64,000 bases of DNA, taken from assembly GCA_001643675.2 (NCBI GenBank), contig LSRY02000066.1, positions 1-64,000 of the forward strand, read 5' to 3'. The stretch is from Monocercomonoides exilis PA203. Taxonomy: Eukaryota > Protista > Preaxostyla. The notes under the pieces are model-generated. The model was given only the letters and a program-made list of their open reading frames with translations, ran no database searches and was not told the DNA's origin. Of the stretch, positions 1-11,912 are shown one piece after another; position 1 is the first letter of the stretch; every line of letters starts with the position of its first letter. The translations under genes and the position numbers were made by a program.

Positions 1-3000
1 CCTGAATGCAAAAGAGTAAATGAATATTGCTGAATAAGCTTGCTTTTCCCTGAAATTTGTTCCTCAAATGCATCAAATTCAACCTTTATTATCACATCTT
101 TATTTTTATCATCCGCATTTGCTTTCATATTATCTCTGTTTTCAACCATTAATTCTTTATCTGTCGCATTGCAAACACTCAAAACAGATCCAGATGCAGT
201 CAGAAGAGCGAGTGGATGAGGAATAGAAGAGATAGAAACAGGAACAAGCTCTCCTGAATCATCTCGTCTTGATACAGAAAGGACACTCAGATTGCTTCCA
301 CAAACGCATATTACATCGCTTGGAGACAAAGACGGGGTTTCAGTCGGAAATGATTGAAAGGCTACAAGTTGCTGTTTCAATTCAGCTAATTGTTCTGACG
401 TCGCATTAACTGTTTCAGCAAACGAAGGGATTGCTGATATTAACTGTATTGGCACACACATTGCATCACCCACGTTGTATTCAGCAGAAACCACTTCTTC
501 ATCATAATCATAGATGTCGTTGAGCATGCTTTCACTATTAAATTTTTCTTTTCCATTTCCTTTTGTGGATTCCAAACATCACATATCCCAATCTTTCCGT
601 CTGTTGCAGATCTTGTAGAGTAAAAACCATACAGTCCCTTTTCCAGTCTTCTTTGTGCTCTCTCCAAATCTGCTTTGCTCACCTCTTCTCCATCAGCTCG
701 ACTTCTCTGTACCAATTTTTCGGCTTCTGCGTAATTTAACATAAATTTCTTTTTTCATATTTGAAATCATTATCATCATCATCATCATCATAGTCTTCAT
801 CTTCTTCAACTGTATCATTTGGATTTGTATATATTCCCCAACTTTGGTATTTATTTTGTTTCTGTAGCTCATCGTTCATTTCTTTTTCTTCCTCCTCCAC
901 TCTCTTCATCTCTGTCTTTCTTTTCATTGCTTCTTTCTCCTCTTTCTCCATCCTTTTTCATTGAGCACAAAGGGTGCACATAGCACAAAATACTCGATGT
1001 CTTTCCACATCAATGCCTTGCTTTTCAAACTTATTTTTAACGAACAAGAATCTACTTCTAAAACATCCATCAGAAAGTGGCTGAAGAGGAACAGAACGAG
1101 CAATCAAGCGAGCAAAAAGAGAAGGGCAGTTCAAAGAAAGAACGTAATGAATCTGAAGAATAGATTTAATGAAGGAAGCAGACAAACAAGTGCTTTTTGA
1201 TCGTTTGGCACGAGGTGTTCCTCTGTTGAAGCTTTTGTTATCATAACTTTGGGATTCGAATTGCGCTTGCGTTCGTGAAGCAGATGCAGTGGCGGAATAT
1301 GGAAAAGAAGTCGAAGGAGAAGGAGAAGAGGAAGAAGGAGAAGAAGAAGGAGAAGAAGAAGATGACGATGAGGGAGAGGAAGGAGAGGAAGGGGTTATGG
1401 AACGAGGGGAAAGAGAAGGGGATGTGAAGGAAGAAGAAGAAGAAGAAGAAGTAGAGGAAGAAGAAGAATCTTTCTGGTTTTTGGAAAGCAGCACTGTGAT
1501 TGCGAGTGGTCAGATGGAGAATGAGATTGGGAATTTTGATTTCTCATTCCAGAAAAATTTTCAAGTCTCTGAGTATTTTGATGTGGCGAAGGGGTACGCA
1601 TAAATGCTGTGATTCTTCTTTACAAGTTTCTTTTGTCTGCACTTCATTCAGTGTTTCATTGCTGTCCATGCTGTCTTTTGAATCATCAAACAATTTCACT
1701 TCGTTATCATCTATCTCTTCATCGAAATCATCATCATCAGCATCTTCTTGACTTTTGTTGTGTTTATGTCTGAGCGTTTCATTCTTCCACATTGCTTTCA
1801 TTATCTCGCAAAATATTGCTTCCTCTTCCCTTGCTTTTTTCCATTCTTTGTATTCTTCCATTGTTTGTTCATCAATGTCTTCACAAGAACCAAATCCAGA
1901 TAGCTCTGAAAGTCTTTCTTCTTTCATTTTACTCTTAAATTCATCCATCTTTCTCTCCAATCTCCTCATTTTCAGTTCTTCCTCTTCTTCCCTCTCGCTT
2001 GCCATCGGGTCGAGGACAAAACTAATTCCCGGCGCATCAATTCTGTACACTCTCGCTGGAATCAAATGGGGATAAGAAACATAGCACACACACCCAACAA
2101 GCAACCGAAGCACATCACTGACCATCTGAAGTCGTGAGGAACATGAAAGAGAGGCAAAAGAACGAGGAAGAAAAGTTCTTAGATCAAGTTTCGTTAACGA
2201 AGAAGAGTGAGATAACATCTTTGTCATTTCTTCTTTCAGCTTTTCTTTCTCCTCTTTTTCATCGTCTTCATCGCTTTTCTTTGAGGAATCTGTATCCATA
2301 TCTGTATTTTCCTCGATCTTGCTTGATTTATCAAACATTTTTCCATTCATTTTCATCGCGCCGTCATTCTCATCCTTCGCCTCTCTTCTTCTGTTCACAT
2401 CTTTTCCATCTTGAAGTTGTTGATGCAGCTTTTGCTGTTCTCCTAAGTTGTTGATTTTTTGCTCTTCAAGTCTTTCTCTCTTTTCAATGCTTTCATGTTG
2501 CTCTTTCGTCTTCTTTGTACTCTCCTCTTGCACATTTTCATTATCCATTTTTGTGAAAAGAAGGTTTCCTACACAAATAATCGGTGAGGTACAATCCGAG
2601 TCGTTCGAAAAAGAATTCATCTTCTTATTTTGATTAAAGGCAGCCTGATTTAAAAGAGATTTGCTAAAGCAGTCAATTTCTCTCAATATTTCTTCTTTTT
2701 CTTTTTCTCCACTTCTATTTGCTTTTTCTTTCTTCGGATTCTCTTCTTTTTGTCCTGTCAAATAGGGAGAATTCGTTAAGCAACTCACACTTGGAACTGT
2801 CATCGGTATCCGATTGGCTGCTGAAGATGGCAAAGGAAGTGAATGTGAGAAGAAGAACGAAATAGAAGGCTTGCGCAGAACATAAAGCGACGAAAAGCCA
2901 GAACGAAGATAAGAACCAGGAAGGAGCTTTGACTCAAATGGAATGAAATTTTCTCTCCAAGACTCGATCGAACCTGAACATGAGAAGATATAAAAAAAAG

Positions 3001-3019
3001 TGTTACGCCAATGGGATAT

Positions 3020-3109
<90 letters not shown>

Positions 3110-3150
3110 TAGATAGATAGATAGATAGAGATAGAGATAGAGATAGAGAT

Positions 3151-3245
<95 letters not shown>

Positions 3246-3282
3246 TAGATAGATAGATAGAGATAGAGATAGAGATAGAGAT

Positions 3283-3345
<63 letters not shown>

Positions 3346-6300
3346 GTGAGTGAGTGAGTGAGAGAATATATTTATTATTGGCGTTCGAATAAAAATATTA
3401 ATAAATAAATAAATAAAAATAATTTTCAAAAGTGTTAATCAAAATTTCAAAAAAATAAAACCAAACCTGAAGTTGAGTATGTCTTCAAGTCGTATTCATC
3501 TGTCTCCTCAAGCGGCAAATCTGAATGGGGCTCTGCTCTGAACACCACAACTCGACATTGCTTGAGTGAAGGGAAAGTCAGAGTTGCAGAAGCAGGCGAA
3601 TCGGGGTACAGAGGCGGCTCTAGCAAACGAGACGGATATGCTGCCTCTATCTTGGCCTCTTCTTCATTCTCAATTGACACAAGCTCTTCGTTCAATTTGT
3701 TTCGGATGTCTAATTTCCTTTCTTCATCATCATTTTCTTTTTCCTCTTCTTTTCCCCCTTTCTCTTTCACTCTTTTATCTTCCTCCTTTCTCCACTTCTC
3801 AATCGCCTCTTTCCTCTTCTCCATTGCTTCCTCTCTAATCCTCTCCATTTCTGTTTTCCTCTCCGGATGCTTCGGCCCCATTAAAACCAGGTTCCATTTT
3901 ATTTGATTGCGCTTCATTTCTTCTTTGCTGACTTTCGGATAAAGCTCTTCTGCAGCTTTGATGACAATAGCTGGGTCAATAAGCGGAAGAAGGGCAATCG
4001 ATCCTATATGAAGTGAAACAATCTTTTCTCGGTCTATGATATCGTCTGTTGGGAGAGGCTTGAAAGGAAGGAAAGAGGAAGAGGAAGAGGAGGAAGAAGA
4101 AAATGAAGAGGTGGACGATGAAGATAATAGTGCAGAAGATGCATTTGTTTTAGAAGCTGAGAGACCATTCTTACCTTGTTGCATATTCTCAACACACGAT
4201 CTTTCCTTTCTATTCTCTTCTTCTTCTTCATCTTTCCATATCTTATCATCCATCGTATACTTCACCAGCGCTTGCTTATTTCTTTTTAAAAATCTATCGG
4301 GCGTGAATCCATTGTCAACATATAGTGTGGAATCAATGTATTTTGAAAGCGGAGAAGAAGAAGAATTCAACAAAGATCGAAGAGGCTGGGGAAGAATATG
4401 TGAATAGATTGGATGCAGCACAGAAAGCAGCTGCTCGAAAGGACGAAGAGGTTGACTAAGTTCAAAGGGATAGAGCGAGTCTGCAATGATGACAGGGAAA
4501 ACAAGGAACAAAATGAAAAATGATAAAAGATAAGCAGAATGAATTCAAATCGAAAGGTAGTGGAAGCAAAAAAATTTTTTTCGTTTTTCGAAAAATAATC
4601 ATAAAATAGTTTTCAAAATGTCATTTCAAATAGAATTTTTGAGGAGATAAGAAGAGAATGAAGAGGAAGAGGTGAAAAAGACAAAGACAAAGATGAATGC
4701 AAAAATTTGGGTGAAAAGATTAAATATATTGCATCAAGTACTCTCGTTGGGAATAAGATATTCTCTAATTCCTTCATTCGATTATTCCTTTCATCGTCTT
4801 TCTTTGAAATTATTTTTTATTTCCTTTCTTTTAATAATTATTACAAGCAAACCTATTTTATCTTTCTCCTCGCATTCCTTCCTTCCTCTCTCAAACTTTT
4901 CTGTGAACTGCGAAAGACACACAAGATCGCTCAGCAAAGGAGGATAAAAAGGAGAATAATGATAATTCCAGGAGGGGCAGCCACGCGTGTAATACAAAAA
5001 GACGAATTGCACAGCGGTGATGTAATCAGAGACAAGATTGAACAGAGGATGGGAGTTGGAAGAAGAAGAAGAAGAAGAAGAAATTTCTTTTTTTCCTCTT
5101 CCTCTTTTCTTTTTCTTTTCCTTCTTTTTCTCTTTCATCTTTCCTCCATCTTTTTCTAAAATACCCATTGATGCATCACATGAAGAAGAACAAGAAGAAG
5201 AAAATGATGATGATGATTTATCTTTTCCATTCGCTGTTTCGTTATCATCAATAGATCTCTTTATTTCAGCTGCTTCTCTGAGATCTGGCAGTGGTAAAGG
5301 GAAATGGAGCTTCATTTTGTAATACATTTCTCTCCAAGTGAGATCAGCAAACTGAGTTGGTTCTGTTAATGAATGGAAAGATAAAGAATCAGAAGAAGAA
5401 GGAAATTGAAGCGATGATGGATTTCTTGTCCCATTTCCCTCATTCGCGGAAACATCAAATCACTCACAGTTTTGCTCTCCTCCTTCGCCAACTTCTGGCA
5501 GATCGCTTCGAATGCTCCCCAGTCTGTCACCCACCCCCTTTCTGTGAGAAATGAGTGCATTGTCGGAAGAACCTCTTTGTAGGCAGTCAGGATCTTTGGA
5601 ATCGCACGTTTACAGACTTCCAGCGACACAATACGGGGAATGAAGTCGTTTCCGAGGAGAAAGCAGAGGAGCACGAAATCGTCAAGCACTCGCTCAAAGT
5701 CAAAGTGGAAAGATAAAAGATGTTTTGAGGAAGAGTTGGAAGAAGAAGAAGTGGTAGCAGTAGAAGAAGAAGATGATGTTGACGAAGAGAATTCAGATGC
5801 ATGTGTTACTTCTTTCTGAGAAGATGGAACATTTTGAGCTTTTTCTGATGTTTTGATATTCGTTCTTGCAACATTTTTTGTTTCATCCAAAGCATTTCTT
5901 CCTTTTTCCTCTCTTTCTCTACCGAATCTTCTGTTCATGCTGTTGTCACTGTCAACTTTGTCATCGTGCATAAACTCTTTGAACCACATCCCCAAGTATT
6001 CTCTGAGAATGTTGATGTGCAGAAACTGCAGCTTCATGCGGTGGTTCAAGCCGAGCTGAGGGTTGTTATTCGACGAACCATTAATCTCTCGCAAAATCAC
6101 AATGTTTCGCTCGTGTGTCAGCAGTGCCAGCATTATTAGATCTGCATCTCGTCCGAATATGCAGTGCGATGTGGACGGGTCGTAGCCCTTCTCCCGCCTC
6201 TTGTTGCGGATGAATGATATGATTTTGTGTTCTCCTTCGCCTGGAACATCGCTTCCGGAGATAATCACCTTCAGCCCTTCCCACGCTTTATCTGTACTCA

Positions 6301-7078
6301 TTCTCATCTGCGCATAGTATTTCACCCACTTTTTCAGTTTGCGCATAAGGTTTGTTCCTGGCATGACGCAGTCTTTGTAAAGATCGTGCTTTCCTTTTTC
6401 AATTTCACTGTGAGTCTCTTCAACCATTACAGCTTCAAATGCAGATAAATACCACCCTCGTCTTTGAGGGCGCACTTTTGTCATTGGTGCAACTCCTACA
6501 TTGTTATTTATTTATGAAAATTTCAAAAAAATAATTCTTCAAAATAATTTGAAATCAAGCCATCCATGGCGAAATAAACAAGCTTCTTCGGCCTGGCAGC
6601 TAGAAACAATCTGTCGAATGTTCGAAATACTTCTGCCATAGCTTCTTCTTCAGGGCATTTACTTTTTAATAATAATTCATTCCGAATAATATCAAGAGCA
6701 ATTTCGTTAATATCCAAGTATAAGTTATCTTTCAAAAAATAGTGAAAAACGTTAAAATTAAAAATGAGGTAAAAAAAATACAAAAATAAATAAAAAAAAT
6801 ACAATAAAAAATAAAAAATAAAACATTAAAACATTAAAAAATTGAAAATTGAAAAATTGAAAAATTGAAAAATTGAAAAATGTGAAATGAAAAAATAAAA
6901 TACAAAAATAAATTCCAAAATTTGAATAAATCGGAAAATACCGATATCAGGAGTAGATAAAGGATCTACTGGTGAAAATATTAATGGATAATGTTCACTC
7001 ATCCATCTATCATATCGCGTAATAAACTCAAATAAAGCTAAATACATTATCACACTTAAGCAGATTTGGTACTCCCAT
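1..7078 (-). CDS. XRN1: 5'-3' exoribonuclease XRN1-like, multi-exon, 3' end beyond left edge of window
   Basis: Spliced translation gives MGVPNLLKWMSEHYP...DNLYLDIN...AMDGVAP...PGEGEHKI...GRDADLIMLAL...LGNDFIP...YYTRGCPSW...PLRPFEQLLSVL...ALLPLID. The downstream CYVSYPHLIPARV matches the XRN1-specific C-terminal region. Predicted introns: 7055-7007, 6941-6729, 6560-6496 (GC-AG), 5467-5352 (uncertain), 4852-4481, 3466-2974. About six single-base frameshifts lie between ~545 and ~1600, and the frame is open at position 1. Confidence 0.93.
3023..3365. repeat. compound (AG)n/(ATAG)n/(AGATAG)n/(TGAG)n microsatellite inside an XRN1 intron
   Basis: Directly visible. The block (AG)n-(ATAG)n-(AGATAG)n occurs twice in tandem. 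Confidence 0.98.
6838..6882. repeat. short (AAAAATTG)n tandem repeat in XRN1 intron 2
   Basis: About five to six 7-8 bp units visible. Confidence 0.8.
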
Positions 7079-7389
7079 TTATGAAACACAATCGTTCAAT
7101 AAAAGAAAAAAATATTTAATTTCTTTTTTTGAAAAAGAAGATCACAATAAGTGTAATATTTTTTGAATGAGCTGCAAAGATTATCATATAAAAATCGATA
7201 AGCCAACCATTTTAATAACGAGAAGTTAAGAAGGTTGTTTTTTTTCAGGATTTCAAAACGTGATCAAAATTTATATATTTAAAGTTAACTTTATAAATGA
7301 CTTGGGGTAAAATGTTTGCAATTATGAAAAAATCTAAGATTTATTCCAAACTTTTTCTGCAATTTCATCACAATAAGTCAACCACAACA

Positions 7390-8781
7390 ATGCAAAAAAA
7401 CATTGAAATTTATGAAATAATAAGAAAAATACTTTAAAATATTGAATGGAACATGATTCATAAAGCAAAATATTCTGTCCCACTTCATATCTTCACCGAA
7501 GAGGGAAGATGTTGAACAATTTTAAAAAATGTTAAAGTTCAGACATTTGAAAAATTTGACGTGCATAAAATGACCATGAATCAAGAATAATTAACAGGAT
7601 TTTCCACAAATCCAAAAACAAGACAAATACTGGTGTCGTTGGACTAAATGAGATACGGAAGCTTCGAATTGACGCCCAAGAAACTGCACATGCATCTTTT
7701 ATATCTATTGTTAACATAACTTCTGATCGTCCCTCTTGTCTAAAATTTACTCGACTTTACAAAAAAGATCCAATTGAAGCGGAATTGAAAGCGAGCGATC
7801 AGTCAAATGATGAACATCAAAAGGGCAGTTCTAAAGAATTATTTTCTTTGTTTCTGGATGAAGTAAGTTGAGATGATTATATATTTTACTCCACATTTGC
7901 AGTGATATCGTCGAATATTACAAGATATCCCGTGGCACTGGATTTGTTGTTTCACACAATTTGTGTTAAAAATGCTCTTACGAAAATGGAAAGCATAGCC
8001 CACGTTTTGATGCGGACATATCAATTTTGAGATTTGCTTACTGCTTTTTGAAATCAACTCAATATGCTGAAGAGGTGAAAAGCTCAAAAGATAAAGTTCA
8101 ATTTGGCGGTTCATAACACTGGGTTACATCGGAGCTGATGAGCATATAATAACTTCCAGAATGCAGAGCAGTCCTCCTCCAAAGGCAAAAACAACGAAGT
8201 ATTTCATCATCCGCTTCTTCAACAGCTTCTGTAAGCCTTCCTCGTCCGATACTTATTGGAAATTTGATTCCTTTTATAAGGCATATTGACTTAATGCGTC
8301 GCGGAGGAATTATGGGCACCATACGCAACTGTCTGGTGGAAGGAAGCGAACTTTTAAGATTACTTGGCCCCTCTTTAAATTCATCGGCAAGTTCATCAAC
8401 TTCTTTTCCAACAGAAACATCGACAGAAAAAGCCGAGCACCCTGGTTTTGATCTGATAGCTTCGCTTCTCCAGACGATGCTGATGAAGATGGAGAATATT
8501 GGCCAGGCGAGCTTGCTGAATTACCTGACATTTTGTCTCAGAGACTGCCTCGCAACACCGCAAAAGAGAAGATGAGAAAAATAGCACAACAGCTTACTTC
8601 ATCTTCAGATGGCACTGAAGATAAAGGCAGTGCAGAATACAAAGAGCATCAGAGGGAAGCGGAAAGCGATGGGACGGGTTCGATTGGATATGCGGGCAAA
8701 AATCATTGTGGACAGAGTAGCAAAGAGGAAGATGATGACATGTTCTACACAAATCGTGGTGCATACGCGCTATATGGATGA
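7390..8781 (+). pseudogene. HGH1: HGH1/FAM203 (eEF2 chaperone) homolog, decayed
   Basis: Ordered HGH1-like motifs in shifting frames: AHASFISIVNITSD, ISSNITR, LIPFIRHIDLMRRGGIMGTIRNCL, ELAELPDILSQRLPRNTAKE. GT-AG intron at 7863-7902. Several in-frame TAA/TGA stops and frameshifts. The start position is uncertain. Confidence 0.75.
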
Positions 8782-9703
8782 GATCAAGATTCTAAAAAGT
8801 ATTTCAGTGAAATGTCCATCAACGTCACTCCATCTTTTTCCAATTCCTCTTAATATATGCTTCAACAAAACAGCTATTTCCCTTTAATTTGTAGTCGAAT
8901 ATCCCATCTTGTCTTTTTTTTCCTCTTTTTCTCTCTCTTCTTTTATTTCGTTCAAAATCTCCACTTCATATTTTTCTTAGGAAAATGTTTTTCATCATTA
9001 TCATCACTCAAAAAAATGAACTTTTTATTTTCATCCAGTTTTCCGCATCCAGAGGTTTTCTATTCCAACTAAAACCACTTTTCATTTTATTTCAAAAAAT
9101 TGCATATTGAATTAAAAATCATAAATAAAATTATTCATTAAAACATCCTCATATTATTATGCACTCTATTTGAAAGCAAACAATTGGCTTGATTCCTCGC
9201 TGTTGTGCTCTATGAGATTAAACTAACCAAAAAAAATTGTCTAAACTCATAGTCTTGGAGAGGCAACAGACAGAAATATCTTTACAATCAATAGAACAAT
9301 GTAAATAACACACATTTTGTCTTTTTGTGTTATTGATGAAATTGTTATATTCCATCTGGCCATCCAATCTCCAAAATTATCAAATAAAATTTCAAAAATA
9401 TTGCATAACCACCATAGTTTGTTATCTCCACAGGAAATAATATTTCTAGTTCTAAAGATAATGTTCACTCAAGGAATCTCAATCGGTGCTTGAATATTCA
9501 ATTTCAAAGAAAACAATTCGATCAATGAATCCATTACAAATAAAGACACATTATAAAGCATTGCTTTCTCCATTATCTTTTGATAAAAATGTCAATAAAA
9601 GAAAAAACAGTGTGAATGAATATATTTTTATATCTTGTTTGGTTTCCTTTTTCCATCTAATTCTTCTACAAAATATATATTCAAAATCAATTTTTATGGC
9701 TTA

Positions 9704-11148
9704 ATGGTGTTGTTTTCTGAATGCAATGTTTATGAAAATGCAGGAGGCGAACAACACAAAAAATTCTCTGGTGTGCAATTGCAGTTGCAAACGAATTCAT
9801 GTTAATGTGATCATTTCAAATTTTATAAAGAATTGTTTTCTGAACTAGAATGTTGCAATAAGGAAGAGCAGAAATGGAAAATTGAAGAAATTAATGAAAT
9901 GATGGAAGATATGGACAAAGAGGAAATTAACTTTGTTTTAACCAAAAAATTGTTCGATAAAATGAACAATATGATTGAAGAAAAGAAATTGTCTGTTGAA
10001 AATGCTATTTTGTTGCTAAAGCACATGGGATATTTTAATGTGTTGAAAGGTACATTTAATTTCGATTTTTATCGTTCTATATTGAACAAAAGATTTGAGA
10101 AAATGCTTGTTGATGAAAATAAGAAAAATGAAGAAAAGAACGAAAAGCTACTGGCAGATTTTTGCGAATGCTATCTTTTGCTTAACGAAGGAATTTCTTC
10201 AAAAACGCTTTCAATCAGTGTGCCTTGTCTTCTGAAAGTTGGATTAAAGAAAGAGGAAAGCGAAGAAGCTCAAAAAGAAGTGGAAATGGCGTTGCTTGCT
10301 TTAAGTAATATTAACTTATCATGGGTAAGGAATTGTTTTTGTAGCTTTATTTTCATCATCAATTTTTTCTTTAGAATTATCAGAGAGTGACAAAAGAATT
10401 GTATTTCAGTGAGATTACAGAAATCATCGAATACCATCAGGAACACAGAAATCTGACACGACTTGCCTATCAATCAGCTTGGAAGTTTTTGATTAACAGA
10501 TTGGACAATGACAAAGGCTTGGAAGAAATAATTATAAATGAGCTGCATTTTGTGGAAGAGGCTGCAAGAGAGTTGAAAGAATTGACAAGAAATGCGGATT
10601 GGATGAAAACAGAAGAGAAAGATGGAGGAAAAGATGCAAAAGAAGTACATTTTCTCATTAAATGGTTCAATGTTATTTATAAATACTTATACTCCTGCAA
10701 CTCGTGGAACAAAGGAAATGTTGGGTTAATATGCTGCGTTGTGAACTTGTTTCGAACAGTGAAAGACGATTACAGAGAAATTAGTGTTTTATGCTCTGAT
10801 TTCTTTGGAGATGCAATGAGAAGCAAATCTGTCAAAGTTGATGATTTGTTGAAAGGCGAAGCAATTGATCTATTTTTGGAAAAAATTATTCAATCAACAT
10901 TGAATGACAAAATGACATATGTACACCTGCTACGCTTCATGAATGTTTCAAGGCAGTTGAAAGGGAAGGAGAATGATGAAAAAGAGGAATCGAAAAGAAA
11001 GACCACAAAAAGAAAGGAATTGGAAAAGATGGAAGAGGAAGGACATGAAGACATCATCACAAGCTTTCATGAAATAATAGATTTTCTCAACAGAAAATAT
11101 CACCGTCAATTATCAACAAATATTTCTGATTATTTTGTATATGTTTGA
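9704..11148 (+). CDS. uncharacterised lineage-expanded family protein (copy 1, intact, 3 exons)
   Basis: ATG at 9704. Introns 9771-9830 and 10325-10374 join the ORFs in frame. Signature LFSELE..EQK.KIEE.N / EEKNEKLL.D.C.C / KEVEMALLALSNI / YHQEHRNLTRLAY / MEEEG.ED is shared with copy 2. Confidence 0.85.
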
Positions 11149-11240
11149 GACAACGAAGCTCATTATTTATTTTCACTCTGAAATTATAATTTTACCCTAT
11201 CATTTCACAATTTACAATCAAAATTTGTTGAACATTTTTC

Positions 11241-11290
11241 TTTTGCTTCTTATTTTGCTTCTTATTTTGCTTCTTATTTTGCTTTTTATT
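11241..11290. repeat. 12-bp tandem repeat (TTTTGCTTCTTA) x ~4 downstream of family copy 1
   Basis: Directly visible. Confidence 0.85.
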
Positions 11291-11912
11291 TTTAATTTTA
11301 TTTTATTTTATTTATTTATTTATGTTTTCATGAATGCTTTGAATGAATAACCATTCTTTCATTGTGATAAAAGAATTTCCATTTTCATTTTTTGCACATG
11401 TATATTCTCGATTTCATTCAACCACAAAGGCACTTTGAATATTTGTAGCATTTACCATATCATTTTTTATTTTAATGAAATATGAAAATCTCTCTTCCAA
11501 ATACTTCAAAAAGATTACAGTTTCATGAAACAAAAACTTGTCTATTTTAATTTTAATTTTATTGTTCTGTTGAGTTTTGATATTTTCAATATTTCGACAT
11601 CTAAAATAATAATAAATATGATTATCAAACATTTCAAATAAAAATTTCACAAAATCAGAAAACAATTGATATCACGATGACAAAACCAGATAAAGTTATA
11701 TATATTTAAGAATACATAAAAAAATAAAACAAAAGCCAAAAAGAGAACAAAATTTCATTGGCTACAATAACAATAAAAATGAAAATAAAAAATAAAAGAA
11801 AAGATAAAAGAAAGAAAGAAAACATTTCTTTGCCAACTTGAAAGAAATAAGATTGAACATGGAAAATACATGACTATAAACAAATTTCTATTATTTTTGG
11901 CCAAAGTTAACA

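Noticed and set aside
958-960. In-frame TGA between same-frame ORFs (also 59141-59143), suggesting readthrough or selenocysteine
   Set aside because: At 958-960 an alternative frame (DIEYFVLCAPFVLNEK) with compensating homopolymer indels explains it. The 59141 case lies in an indel-riddled region. No SECIS evidence, and TGA is a normal stop for dynein and others.
2800-3429. 209-aa LSLSLS/ISISIS ORF
   Set aside because: It is a translation of the intronic microsatellite.
8609-8887. Basic ORF resembling a ribosomal protein
   Set aside because: It matches no ribosomal protein I recognise and is an alternative frame of the HGH1 tail.
9180-9480. Possible intron-containing gene remnant on the minus strand
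   Set aside because: Short, stop-containing and with no recognisable homology.
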